64,000 nt of DNA from Anaerolineales bacterium (GTDB lineage: Bacteria > Chloroflexota > Anaerolineae > Anaerolineales > E44-bin32). Below are positions 53,048 through 61,850 of this stretch, one piece after another. Made by a program: the position numbers and the translations under genes. Where the stretch lies: positions 6,714 to 70,713 of the forward strand of contig JARRPX010000002.1 in NCBI GenBank assembly GCA_037382465.1, given 5' to 3'. Positions within the stretch are counted from its first letter, which is position 1, and the number at the start of each line of letters is the position of its first letter. Under the pieces are notes generated by a model. That model had not been told where the DNA came from. It ran no database searches and saw only the letters and a program-made list of their open reading frames with translations.

Positions 53048-54613
53048 GTGGAAATGGTTCTACTGCCAACCGTTGTTTTGCTGTTGGGTGCCGCAATCGC
53101 CTGGTACAGCAGAAATCGTCCGACAAGAATTGGATGGATCGTAGAAGTAAGCACGGCACTTTTGGTATGGTTGGTGAGTTTGATCCTGATCACTGCCATT
53201 CCCAGCGTTACACAACTATCCGTATGGAGACCACAATCCTTGTTCCAATCACAGCTTGAGTTAAAGCTGGATTCGATAAGTTGGCCTTTCATCTACGCCT
53301 CCTCGACCTTGCTCTTGACGATCGTGCTGACCTATCCCGCGCGCTATAAAGCGCGGCCGCGAAGACGGGCATTTCTGTTGCTGTATGCTGTATTTCCGAT
53401 GATCAGCATGTTGTCCGGGAACATACTTACCTTTGCAATCACATGGGCATTAATGGATGTTGCGTCTGTGATTGTAATGTTCGATACGAAAACCCGCGAA
53501 GAGCTTATCCCATTGCTGGCGTCGCGTTTGTCGATTAAGGGTGGAAGCCTGCTTCTCGTACTGCTGGCGGCGATGGTGAATGTGTCGGCAGGAGGCGATA
53601 GTACGTTATCTACTTCATTCCGTTCTTCTATGGCTATTTTGCTAATTTCTTTTGCAGCCATGCTGCGGCTTGGTTTCTTCCAGTCGAGGTCTGGCATAGT
53701 GCAAAATCCGGCCAAGCGGGAAGGAATCGATATTTTGCAGCAGCTTTTACCCGCAGCTACGGCGTTGGCTTTGTTCGCCAGGATTTTTAGTCTTAGTCTG
53801 CCGGATGACGTATTGCCCTGGTTGAGATTGGTGAGCGGTTTGGCCCTGTTGATCGGTGGGGTGCAATGGGTCTTCGATCGAGACGAGTCGAGACTCCAGC
53901 AGGCTTTTAAGATGGCAATCTCGGGTCTCGGCGTGTTCGCTGCAAGTGCGTTCGACGGAGATGCCGGCGTGATTGCGGCTGCAGGCGTGCTAATGATTTT
54001 ACTTGGATCCGTTTTCTATTCGATAGAGATTTTTTCTCCAGCGCATCGAATTTGGCCCATCATCTGCGCGATCATCGTCGCCGGATTTCCCGGGACGCCT
54101 GGCGGCCTCATACTCACATCCATGATTGAGCAGATTGACAATTTGCCTGGTGTTCTTTTGATCGCTGTAGGTTTTGCCGGCATGGTTTTTTTATGCCTAG
54201 GAACGCTGCGCTACTTCTATCTACCTACCGTTCAATGGCAAACCGCTGAGAGTTCCGTAAGATTCACGTACGGATTGGGGCTGAGTTTTCCGGTGATTGT
54301 CTCTATCGGCCTCGGTTTGTGGATGGCGAGCGGATTCAGTTTGATAGCCCTGGCGGGCTTCTTGGCGATTGGCGGGATAGCGGTTTTATCGCTTCACGTC
54401 ATTCGCCGTCTACCTCATCGGGAAGTCGATCGATGGGGCAGGCTGCTTACGTGGATCGATCTGGATCCAGCCGTGCGTTTCTTCGATCTTGTCGGCCGCC
54501 TCATCCTGAGGGCCGCACGAGCTACGAGCGAAATCTTCGAAGGCGAGGGTGCGATGTTGTGGCTCGTAGTGGTAATGCTTCTGACCTACTTGGGTGTGAG
54601 GGGCTTGGGATGA
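53048..54613 (+). CDS. divergent antiporter-like membrane protein (NuoL/MrpA/HyfB-D-like, Proton_antipo_M-related)
   Basis: 521 aa, ~14 TM. N-terminal LELKLDSISWPFIYASSTLLLTIVLTY matches the conserved ..D.lS..f..l... start of complex-I antiporter-like subunits. I could not find the PFHxWLP motif. The start may be ATG 53054. Confidence 0.72.
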   Translation: MEMVLLPTVVLLLGAAIAWYSRNRPTRIGWIVEVSTALLVWLVSLILITAIPSVTQLSVWRPQSLFQSQLELKLDSISWPFIYASSTLLLTIVLTYPARYKARPRRRAFLLLYAVFPMISMLSGNILTFAITWALMDVASVIVMFDTKTREELIPLLASRLSIKGGSLLLVLLAAMVNVSAGGDSTLSTSFRSSMAILLISFAAMLRLGFFQSRSGIVQNPAKREGIDILQQLLPAATALALFARIFSLSLPDDVLPWLRLVSGLALLIGGVQWVFDRDESRLQQAFKMAISGLGVFAASAFDGDAGVIAAAGVLMILLGSVFYSIEIFSPAHRIWPIICAIIVAGFPGTPGGLILTSMIEQIDNLPGVLLIAVGFAGMVFLCLGTLRYFYLPTVQWQTAESSVRFTYGLGLSFPVIVSIGLGLWMASGFSLIALAGFLAIGGIAVLSLHVIRRLPHREVDRWGRLLTWIDLDPAVRFFDLVGRLILRAARATSEIFEGEGAMLWLVVVMLLTYLGVRGLG

Positions 54614-55221
54614 TCGCAGCGGATGCGTGGCTCCAGATTGCGACGATCGGGATCGCCATAACCGGCAGTTTACTCGTGTTGATCGATGATCGCAGGTTGT
54701 TGGTGTTCACACTCGCCGTGCAATATGCCTTGGCCGCATTCCTGATCTCTTTCACGCTAAACTTGCAAATTGCTGCTGCGAAATTGGTTGCCGGGATGGT
54801 CTCATGCGTGATTTTATTGATTTATCTGAGGACAGTGAAACGAAATGTTGCAGATGAAATGCCGAGAACGATTCCTTTCAATCGTCTATTTCGGGTCTTT
54901 GCCGTGCTGCTGGTTTTACTCGTGGCCATCGGTGTCAGCACGGGCAACCTGATCAATCTCGAGGGTATCCCGCCAGAGGTAGGGACAGGCACCGCGCTAC
55001 TGATTTGTTTGAGTTTTCTTCACCTGGGATTGTGTGAAGAGCCGCTGCGTGTAGGCGTCGGTCTGCTGACATTCCTATCGGGGTTCGAGATCACGTACAG
55101 CATCCTCGAGCCATCCCTGGCAGTCGTGGGTTTGTTGGCGTGTGTGCATGTCGGAATTGCACTCGTCTGCGGCTATTTGATGCTTGTCCATGATTTCGAT
55201 CAGTACGAAACGAGGCTGTAA
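54610..55221 (+). CDS. HyfE / double-NuoK-like small membrane subunit
   Basis: Taken from ORF 54319..55221, using ATG 54610 that overlaps the upstream stop (ATGA). 203 aa, ~6 TM. RRLLVFTLAVQYALAAFLI and GLLTFLSGFEITYSILEP (membrane Glu) resemble HyfE as I remember it. Confidence 0.62.
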   Translation: MIAADAWLQIATIGIAITGSLLVLIDDRRLLVFTLAVQYALAAFLISFTLNLQIAAAKLVAGMVSCVILLIYLRTVKRNVADEMPRTIPFNRLFRVFAVLLVLLVAIGVSTGNLINLEGIPPEVGTGTALLICLSFLHLGLCEEPLRVGVGLLTFLSGFEITYSILEPSLAVVGLLACVHVGIALVCGYLMLVHDFDQYETRL

Positions 55222-55222
55222 G

Positions 55223-56623
55223 ATGAGCGTGCCGTTGATCATCCTGATACTGACTGGGATACTGGCGATCGTGGTTCTACCCTTCCGAAGGCGATTGGGG
55301 TTGACGGCTTCAATCGCATCTGTTGGGGCGTTGCTGATCGGGGGGTTTACGTTGTTAGCCACGCTGGAAGAACCTTTTGTCTTACTCGGCGCTTCGTTGA
55401 AATGGAGCACAACCTGGCGATTGCTTGGAAGGTCGATGGTCCTGGATCAGGGAAATCGAGCGGCTGTTGCGTTCATGTATCTCGTTGGAAGCTTTATTTT
55501 TGGCGGTGTTTGGATTGCGCGCCCAAATCGAACTTTTATCTTCGTAGGGATCATATCGATCGGCGTGGTAGCAGCATCCTTTATGATCCAACCATTCTTG
55601 TTTGCAGCGATATTCCTTGAAATCACTGCAATGGGAGCGGTTCTCATTCTCTCGTCCAGAGAATCAAGTTCTCAATCCGGAAGTGTCCGATTACTCGTAC
55701 TCTACACCATCGGAATGGTTTCCATCCTCATTGCGGGTTGGATTCTCGAAAGTCAGGGCGTCACACCGGCAACGCCGGAATTAGCCATTAGAGCGACGAT
55801 TCTACTTGCGCTTGGCTTCTGCGTACTCATGGCAGTGCCGCCGTTTCATATCTGGCTCCCCGGCGTGGCGGAACAATCGAACCCGTATGCTCTGGCGTTC
55901 GTTACGATACTGCTTCAAAGTGCTGGCGTGTTTTTCCTGCTGCGTTTCCTCGACTCCTTTGTCTGGCTTCGCGAGAATCTCGGCTTGTTTCAAGGGATTC
56001 GCGTCGCCGCAATTGTCATGATTTGTCTGGGCAGCATCTGGGCGCTTGCGCAGCATTCACTTCGAAAGATCATGGCCTACGCGCTGGTTTCGGATTTCGG
56101 CGTGACCTTGTTGGCCATCGGAACAAATACACCAGCGGGGTTCCAATTGGCCATCGATATGGTAGTCGTTCGTGCGATCAGCCTTACCATGCTGGGTATC
56201 GGATTGGCGACGATTGAGAATTACAAGCCTGAATTGAAAGAAGACTTCAAGTATAAGGGAGCGGCGTATTACTCGCCGATCTCCGTTGTGGCCGTAATAA
56301 CGGGGCTGCTTTCCGTGGCGGGATTTCCATTATCGGCAGGTTTTCCGGGAAGATGGGCGCTGATCGAAGCATTGCTGAATGCCGATTTAATAGCGGGTTT
56401 GTCTGTGATTTTATCGCTTGCGTGTATCGGAGCCATTGCGTTGAGATGGCTGCGAATATTCCTTTCGACGGACTACGAAGGTAAACGAATGGTGATGCCG
56501 ATTTTTGAAAGAGGTTTCATGATCGCCGGTGTAGCCTTCTGCTTGTTACTTGGCATTTTCCCCCAGTTGAGTTATCCGTGGGTCGTCGAAGCAGCGGCCG
56601 GGATGACCCAATTGTTTCCGTAA
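55223..56623 (+). CDS. antiporter-like membrane protein (NuoN/HyfF/MrpD-like)
   Basis: ORF 55184..56623 trimmed to ATG 55223, 1 nt after the upstream stop. 466 aa. Motifs IFLEITAMGAVLIL, AVPPFHIWLPGVAEQSNPYALAFV and LRKIMAYALVSDFG parallel NuoN/M motifs. Confidence 0.8.
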   Translation: MSVPLIILILTGILAIVVLPFRRRLGLTASIASVGALLIGGFTLLATLEEPFVLLGASLKWSTTWRLLGRSMVLDQGNRAAVAFMYLVGSFIFGGVWIARPNRTFIFVGIISIGVVAASFMIQPFLFAAIFLEITAMGAVLILSSRESSSQSGSVRLLVLYTIGMVSILIAGWILESQGVTPATPELAIRATILLALGFCVLMAVPPFHIWLPGVAEQSNPYALAFVTILLQSAGVFFLLRFLDSFVWLRENLGLFQGIRVAAIVMICLGSIWALAQHSLRKIMAYALVSDFGVTLLAIGTNTPAGFQLAIDMVVVRAISLTMLGIGLATIENYKPELKEDFKYKGAAYYSPISVVAVITGLLSVAGFPLSAGFPGRWALIEALLNADLIAGLSVILSLACIGAIALRWLRIFLSTDYEGKRMVMPIFERGFMIAGVAFCLLLGIFPQLSYPWVVEAAAGMTQLFP

Positions 56624-56639
56624 GAGCCTATTGTCCGTA

Positions 56640-56648
56640 TGCTATAAT
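56640..56648 (+). promoter_or_regulatory. extended -10 promoter (TGcTATAAT) for the coiled-coil gene
   Basis: ccgtaTGcTATAATcc lies 17 nt after the stop of the preceding gene. The RBS GAGGT precedes ATG 56680. Confidence 0.4.
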
Positions 56649-56679
56649 CCGCGCGCTTCTATTAACCGAGGTAAAAACC

Positions 56680-57840
56680 ATGGAGCAAGAGCAAATTGAA
56701 AAGCGGCTTGAGTGGCTGGACGAAACTCGCAGGAAGGACGCCGATGCCATCAGCCGGTTGATGGAGCGCATGAGCAACATTGAAGAAAGCGTCAATAAAC
56801 AGGTGCATCAGGGACAAGATATGTCCGAAGAGTTGACGCGCTTGAAAGCTTTGGCGGCTCGTATCAATCAATTTGACGATACGCTCGTTCAACACCGGAA
56901 AGAAGTCTCGAAGCAGTTGAAGGATGCCGAAGAGAGGCGAACGAAGAAGGAAAAGGATATTGAAAAAATAAGGCGCGCAGATCTCAAAGAAAATGCGAAC
57001 ACGATTGATGAAATTCGGCTGCAATTACAAGATTTAGGCAAGATTGACGAACGAGCCCAGGAGCGAAAGCAGGAGGAAATTCGTATTTCGAAGGAGTTGG
57101 ATAATTTCCGCAGGGAATTGGATGATTTTATCGCCAATGACGACTTGCGTTCCCGATCGATAGCTTCAATGGAAGAAGGTAGAAAACAGGATGCGAAGAG
57201 GATTGCGGACGTTCAATCCGAAATTTCCAATGTTCGAAAAGGATCCCACGAAATTCGCGGGGAATTCGACAGCATTCTTGATCGAGTGCGGCGAATCGAA
57301 GTTCGGATTTCCGAGTTGAAGGCGAGTGAAGACGAGCAGCAAGAAGCCCAAAAAATATGGGCAGAGCAGCAAAACTTGAAACAAGCCGAGTTCGAACGTG
57401 TGTGGAAAGAGAAAGAGAAGAAGTTCGACGAATACATCAAACGAGGCGGCGAACTGGACGAACGTTTATTGGCCTTCGAGGTAGCGTATCAGAATTTAAA
57501 GCAAGTAAAAGATGATCTGGACAAAGCGTTAGACCGTCTGGAAAGAAGAATCAACGAGGTGACTGAAATGCATCGCATCAATACGGATCGGTCGAAGCAG
57601 GAGTGGAGTGCCTTCCAGGCGGATGACCAAAAGCGGTGGAATACATACAAACTGACCGCCGATGAACAATGGCGCGAGCATAGTCGGCTGCACGATAAAA
57701 TCACTGCCCAGTTGGATCTTCTTGAAGAAAATTCAACCGAAGCGTTGCGTTTGTTGAACATGATGCGGGAAAATGACCTCGAACGTTTGACACATATGAT
57801 GACGATGTTGCGTGAGTGGGCCGCCGAATCGAAGGAATAA
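56680..57840 (+). CDS. hypothetical soluble coiled-coil protein (386 aa, E/K/R/Q-rich)
   Basis: ORF 56578..57840 trimmed to ATG 56680 (MEQEQIEKRLEWLDETRRKD...). No TM or signal, heptad-like charge pattern throughout, recurrent Trp-containing segments (EWSAFQ, KRWNTYK, EQWREH). Confidence 0.75.
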   Translation: MEQEQIEKRLEWLDETRRKDADAISRLMERMSNIEESVNKQVHQGQDMSEELTRLKALAARINQFDDTLVQHRKEVSKQLKDAEERRTKKEKDIEKIRRADLKENANTIDEIRLQLQDLGKIDERAQERKQEEIRISKELDNFRRELDDFIANDDLRSRSIASMEEGRKQDAKRIADVQSEISNVRKGSHEIRGEFDSILDRVRRIEVRISELKASEDEQQEAQKIWAEQQNLKQAEFERVWKEKEKKFDEYIKRGGELDERLLAFEVAYQNLKQVKDDLDKALDRLERRINEVTEMHRINTDRSKQEWSAFQADDQKRWNTYKLTADEQWREHSRLHDKITAQLDLLEENSTEALRLLNMMRENDLERLTHMMTMLREWAAESKE

Positions 57841-58065
57841 AGCCATCCGATATTTCTTATGAATCAACAACTCATATCTCGCAATCATCGAGGCCTCATG
57901 AACCTTCTACTTGATGAATCGGGTGCGTTACGGTGGGATACCGAATTTGGTAGACGCAGAACCATTGGAATGATAGAACCTAATAATGTGTAAGAAACGA
58001 TGCAGTGTGATCCATCGCTGCACACGAATTCCTTGTAGAAACTTGCACGGGAGTGTGGCAAAGCG

Positions 58066-59967
58066 ATGAAGGTCATTGGAACTGCCGGACACGTGGATCA
58101 TGGCAAGTCGCGTTTGATCTGGGCGCTGACCGGTATTAACCCCGACCGCTTGAAGGAAGAACAAGATCGAGAAATGACCATCGACCTCGGTTTTGCCTGG
58201 ATGGAATTGCCGGACGGGGAGACGGTGGGCATTATCGATGTCCCCGGCCATCGGGATTTCATCGACAACATGCTCGCAGGCGTTGGTGCGATCGACGCCG
58301 CATTGATCGTGATCGCCGCCGACGAAGGGGTTATGCCGCAGACCCGAGAGCATCTGGCAATACTCGATTTGCTGGACGTCCACCGCGGAGTTGTAGCGCT
58401 TACGAAGGTGGATCTGGTCGAGGATGAGGAATGGCTCGATTTGGTCACGGATGAAATACGGGAGCTGCTGGCGCCGACCAGGCTTGCTTCGGCGCCGATC
58501 GTACCGCTTTCGAGCGAGACCGGTATCGGCCTCGATCGATTGGTAAGCGTGCTTCGGGAAGTGTTGGATGAAAGCGAAGAACGAAAGAACGTAGGACGGC
58601 CGAGACTTCCAATCGACCGAGTTTTCACGATTTCAGGATTTGGGACGATCGTGACGGGAACGCTGATCGATGGGGAATTGAGTGTCGGGCAGGAGGCCGT
58701 AGTGCTTCCCGGCGGGCAAAAAACACGTATCCGTGGTTTGCAAACGCATATGCAGAAAATTGAGACGGCTGTTCCCGGAAGTCGCGTTGCGGCAAATCTG
58801 ACGGGCATTGAAGTCGCAGAATTAGAACGGGGAGACGTCGTTGCGCTTCCGGATACGTACGTGGAGACGCAAAATATCGAGGTGCATTACCGGCATTTGA
58901 AAGACGCGGCCGCAAAGCTGAAGCACAATATGCAACTGAGATTGTTCACCGGGTCAGCGCAGCGAGAAGCCCGCGTGCGCCTTCTCGCTCGCGATGAACT
59001 AAATCCCAGGGAGTCAGGCTGGCTGCAACTCATCCTGGACAAACCCATCGTTGCTGCTCGCGGGGATCGGTTTATCCTCCGCTGGCCTTCACCCGGAGCT
59101 ACGCTGGGGGGCGGCGTGATACTCGAGCCGCATCCCGCGCATTTACGAAAACGCTTCGATGAAAGAAATATCACGAGACTGGAGAAATTGCTGCAAGGAA
59201 ATACTGCGGACATCCTCGCCCAATCGCTCGACGATCTTGGCCCCGTCACGCTTCGAAAGGCGCTCGTGCATGCGAGAATCGAGGAGGGGAAAGAAGAACA
59301 GGCCATCGCGGATCTCATTGGTCAGAAGAAAATTATCGTGTTGAGCGGCGAAGCGACAGCAGAATTTCCAAAAACAGAGGACGTCGTCATCAGCCGCGGG
59401 GCTTGGGAGAATTTTGCCTTGCGGCTGCGGCATCTTCTCGAAACATTCCACCAACACAGCCCTCTGCGTTTGGGTATGCCCGTGGAAGAACTCAAAGCGA
59501 AACTGAACCTTCCCGCAAGACTTTTTCCAGTCATGCTGAATAGAGCTGCGGACGCTAACGTCGTCGCTATTGAAAACGATCGAGTTTCTATTCATGGGTA
59601 TAAAGTCGAATTATCCAAACAGCAGGAAACGGCAATCGACGAATTGCTGCATGTGTTTGAGCAGAATCCGTACTCGACACCCAGCGTCAAGGAGAGCAGC
59701 CAACTGATCGGAGACGATTTGTATCGGTATTTGATTGAATCCGGAACGCTGATACAGTTGTCGAAGGACGTTGTTCTACGTTCGACCGACTTCGAGGCCT
59801 TCGTGTCAGAAATAAAACAATTCCTCGAGAAAGGGAACAGCATTACGGTCGCCCAGGTACGCGATAAGTTCCAAACTTCAAGAAAATATGCACTGGCCAT
59901 CATGGAATACATGGATTCGGTCGGCATAACGATGAGAAAAGGGGACGAGCGTATCCTTGCCTCGTAG
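58066..59967 (+). CDS. selB: selenocysteine-specific translation elongation factor SelB
   Basis: 633 aa. GTPase MKVIGTAGHVDHGKS..., DVPGHRDF, ...LTKVD. EF-Tu-like domains II and III, plus a long C-terminal winged-helix region ending ...RKYALAIMEYMDSVGITMRKGDERIL, typical of bacterial SelB. Confidence 0.92.
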   Translation: MKVIGTAGHVDHGKSRLIWALTGINPDRLKEEQDREMTIDLGFAWMELPDGETVGIIDVPGHRDFIDNMLAGVGAIDAALIVIAADEGVMPQTREHLAILDLLDVHRGVVALTKVDLVEDEEWLDLVTDEIRELLAPTRLASAPIVPLSSETGIGLDRLVSVLREVLDESEERKNVGRPRLPIDRVFTISGFGTIVTGTLIDGELSVGQEAVVLPGGQKTRIRGLQTHMQKIETAVPGSRVAANLTGIEVAELERGDVVALPDTYVETQNIEVHYRHLKDAAAKLKHNMQLRLFTGSAQREARVRLLARDELNPRESGWLQLILDKPIVAARGDRFILRWPSPGATLGGGVILEPHPAHLRKRFDERNITRLEKLLQGNTADILAQSLDDLGPVTLRKALVHARIEEGKEEQAIADLIGQKKIIVLSGEATAEFPKTEDVVISRGAWENFALRLRHLLETFHQHSPLRLGMPVEELKAKLNLPARLFPVMLNRAADANVVAIENDRVSIHGYKVELSKQQETAIDELLHVFEQNPYSTPSVKESSQLIGDDLYRYLIESGTLIQLSKDVVLRSTDFEAFVSEIKQFLEKGNSITVAQVRDKFQTSRKYALAIMEYMDSVGITMRKGDERILAS

Positions 59968-60003
59968 CTACATCACGAAAATGGATTCTTAGGTACACGC
60001 CGA

Positions 60004-60633
60004 CTAAGAAGTTTCTTCTTCGAGGTGGGGTGTAGCGTTAAGCCTTACGATTTGCCAACTGGCATAGACTTCATCGTACTCCACTTGTGCAAATCCGGTG
60101 TTCTCGAAGACGAATTTAGGAGGAAAAGTCCGGCCACCGTGTGGCGCCAGTCCCAAGATGGCGCGCAGAATGGCGTTAAGGAAACCGCCGTGAGACACGA
60201 CGATGTAAGTGCCTGCTGGTCGATTCATGAGTGTGAGTAGTGCATGACCGGCGCGAATAAATAGCTCGAGCCAGCTTTCTCCGTCGCCATGAATGGGCTC
60301 ATACGGAGAAGGCACGCCGTCCGATGTGTACCAGGACCTGACGGTTTCGTAATTCTGGCCTTGTGCTTTGCCCAACCTGCGCTCCATCCATATTTCGTCA
60401 TATTCCACCTTGCCGCCGAATTGCTGGGCGAGGATTTCAGCAGTCTCTCGCGCGCGCATGAGTGAACTGGAAAGGATGGCAGCGGGTGAATCGATCGACG
60501 TCGATAAGTACTCCGCAAGTTTCCGGGATTGAATTCGTCCTTCTTCCGAAAGTGGATAATCGGTTTGACCTTGTACGATGTGTTCGCGGTTTGCCACCGA
60601 AAGACCGTGTCTTACGAGGAACAGCCTTTTCAT
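60004..60633 (-). CDS. histidine phosphatase family protein (phosphoglycerate-mutase-like)
   Basis: 209 aa. RHG motif MKRLFLVRHGLSVAN and ...VSHGGFLNAILR. Start overlaps the glpC stop by 4 nt. Confidence 0.85.
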   Translation of the reverse strand: MKRLFLVRHGLSVANREHIVQGQTDYPLSEEGRIQSRKLAEYLSTSIDSPAAILSSSLMRARETAEILAQQFGGKVEYDEIWMERRLGKAQGQNYETVRSWYTSDGVPSPYEPIHGDGESWLELFIRAGHALLTLMNRPAGTYIVVSHGGFLNAILRAILGLAPHGGRTFPPKFVFENTGFAQVEYDEVYASWQIVRLNATPHLEEETS

Positions 60634-61850
60634 ACGATTCCCATCGAACGAGCGAGTATTTCAAGGGGGTGGTATGCAGGCAGGTTCGTGTGTTCTGCGA
60701 TCCACCAACGGCATGTTTCCGAATCCGACATAATGAAGTCGGCGTTCGTTTCGATCGCCTTGCGAAATAACCTCTCTCCAATCGCATAAGCAATCTCGAA
60801 GCGTTCGGACTTCATGCCGTAGGTGCCTGCCGCTCCACAGCAGGCGAAATCGGATACTTCGAGTTCCAGCCCGGGGATATTGCGCAGGATCGATAATGCG
60901 GGTGTACCAATCCCGTGGCTGCGCAATTGGCATGGCGGGTGATAAAGAGCACGAGCCGGCACGGGTCTGAGTTTAATTCGCGAAAGTTCATCGCTCATGA
61001 ATAGAAGAATAAATTCAAAGAAATCGTAGGTCGAGTTCGCGAGTAGATTCGACTCTTCTGTATCGATCCCGAGAATGGTGCGGTAGTCATGCTTTAGCGC
61101 CAGCGTACAGGAAGGGCTGGTTCCCACAATCGGGATTTTCTCCCGTAGAAATGGTTCCAGATATCTGATGTTTTGATTGGCGAGTTTACGTGCGGCATCG
61201 AAAAGTCCATTGGATTGGAGTGGTAAGCCGCAGCAAACCTGAGGGGGTAGAAACACGTACAATCCAAGCCTTTCGAGAATCGCGATCGTAAATTCACCGA
61301 TTCCGGGTTCGAAATAATTCGTACTGCAACCGTGAAAATAACCGACGGTGAGACGGGATATTTCTTCGAGGCGATTCGGCGTTTTGACAGAATAATCGCG
61401 CAGCGACCGACGCAAATTCGTCCGTGAGAAAGTCGGGAGCACCGCTTTGCTGCTGATGCCAAGATATTTATCGAGCATGGAACGCACAGCGGGTGATCTA
61501 AACAGAGAATTCGCAAGGCCCGTGAATCTCGAAGCGAGTCGCCCCAAGGTTTCGGGGCGCGAAATGATTCGATCTCTCAACGAGACCTCGCCTGCCGACC
61601 GTTCCTTCATCTTGGCGATCATTTCTGCCACCGGGACGTCATGCGGGCAAACGAGCGAGCACGTGCCACAGCTCGAGCACCATGCTTCGCTTACGTCCGG
61701 CAGGGATGCATGCGGATGCCGGAACCGGTAAGCCTGAGGACCGACGGCTTTTGGACCGAGGAATAGATCCGTCACTTTTGCGACGGGGCACGCAGCCGTG
61801 CATATGTTGCATTTGAGGCATTGGTCCGCAGCGAGGAACTCTTGGTTCAT
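60630..61850 (-). CDS. glpC: anaerobic glycerol-3-phosphate dehydrogenase subunit C (Fe-S / CCG-domain protein)
   Basis: 406 aa. Two ferredoxin-type clusters CLKCNICTAACP and CSSCGTCSLVCP, followed by two CCG domains (...CCGLPL..., ...CCGAAGTYG). Confidence 0.85.
   Translation of the reverse strand: MNQEFLAADQCLKCNICTAACPVAKVTDLFLGPKAVGPQAYRFRHPHASLPDVSEAWCSSCGTCSLVCPHDVPVAEMIAKMKERSAGEVSLRDRIISRPETLGRLASRFTGLANSLFRSPAVRSMLDKYLGISSKAVLPTFSRTNLRRSLRDYSVKTPNRLEEISRLTVGYFHGCSTNYFEPGIGEFTIAILERLGLYVFLPPQVCCGLPLQSNGLFDAARKLANQNIRYLEPFLREKIPIVGTSPSCTLALKHDYRTILGIDTEESNLLANSTYDFFEFILLFMSDELSRIKLRPVPARALYHPPCQLRSHGIGTPALSILRNIPGLELEVSDFACCGAAGTYGMKSERFEIAYAIGERLFRKAIETNADFIMSDSETCRWWIAEHTNLPAYHPLEILARSMGIV

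Noticed and set aside
57841-58065. Possible tRNA-Sec (selC) or other RNA gene in the 225-nt gap upstream of selB
   Set aside because: There is no GGTTCGA-type T arm, no long acceptor/T-stem pairing and no TCA anticodon stem-loop on either strand. The small ORFs here (57885..58076, 57928..58383) are antisense or low-complexity.
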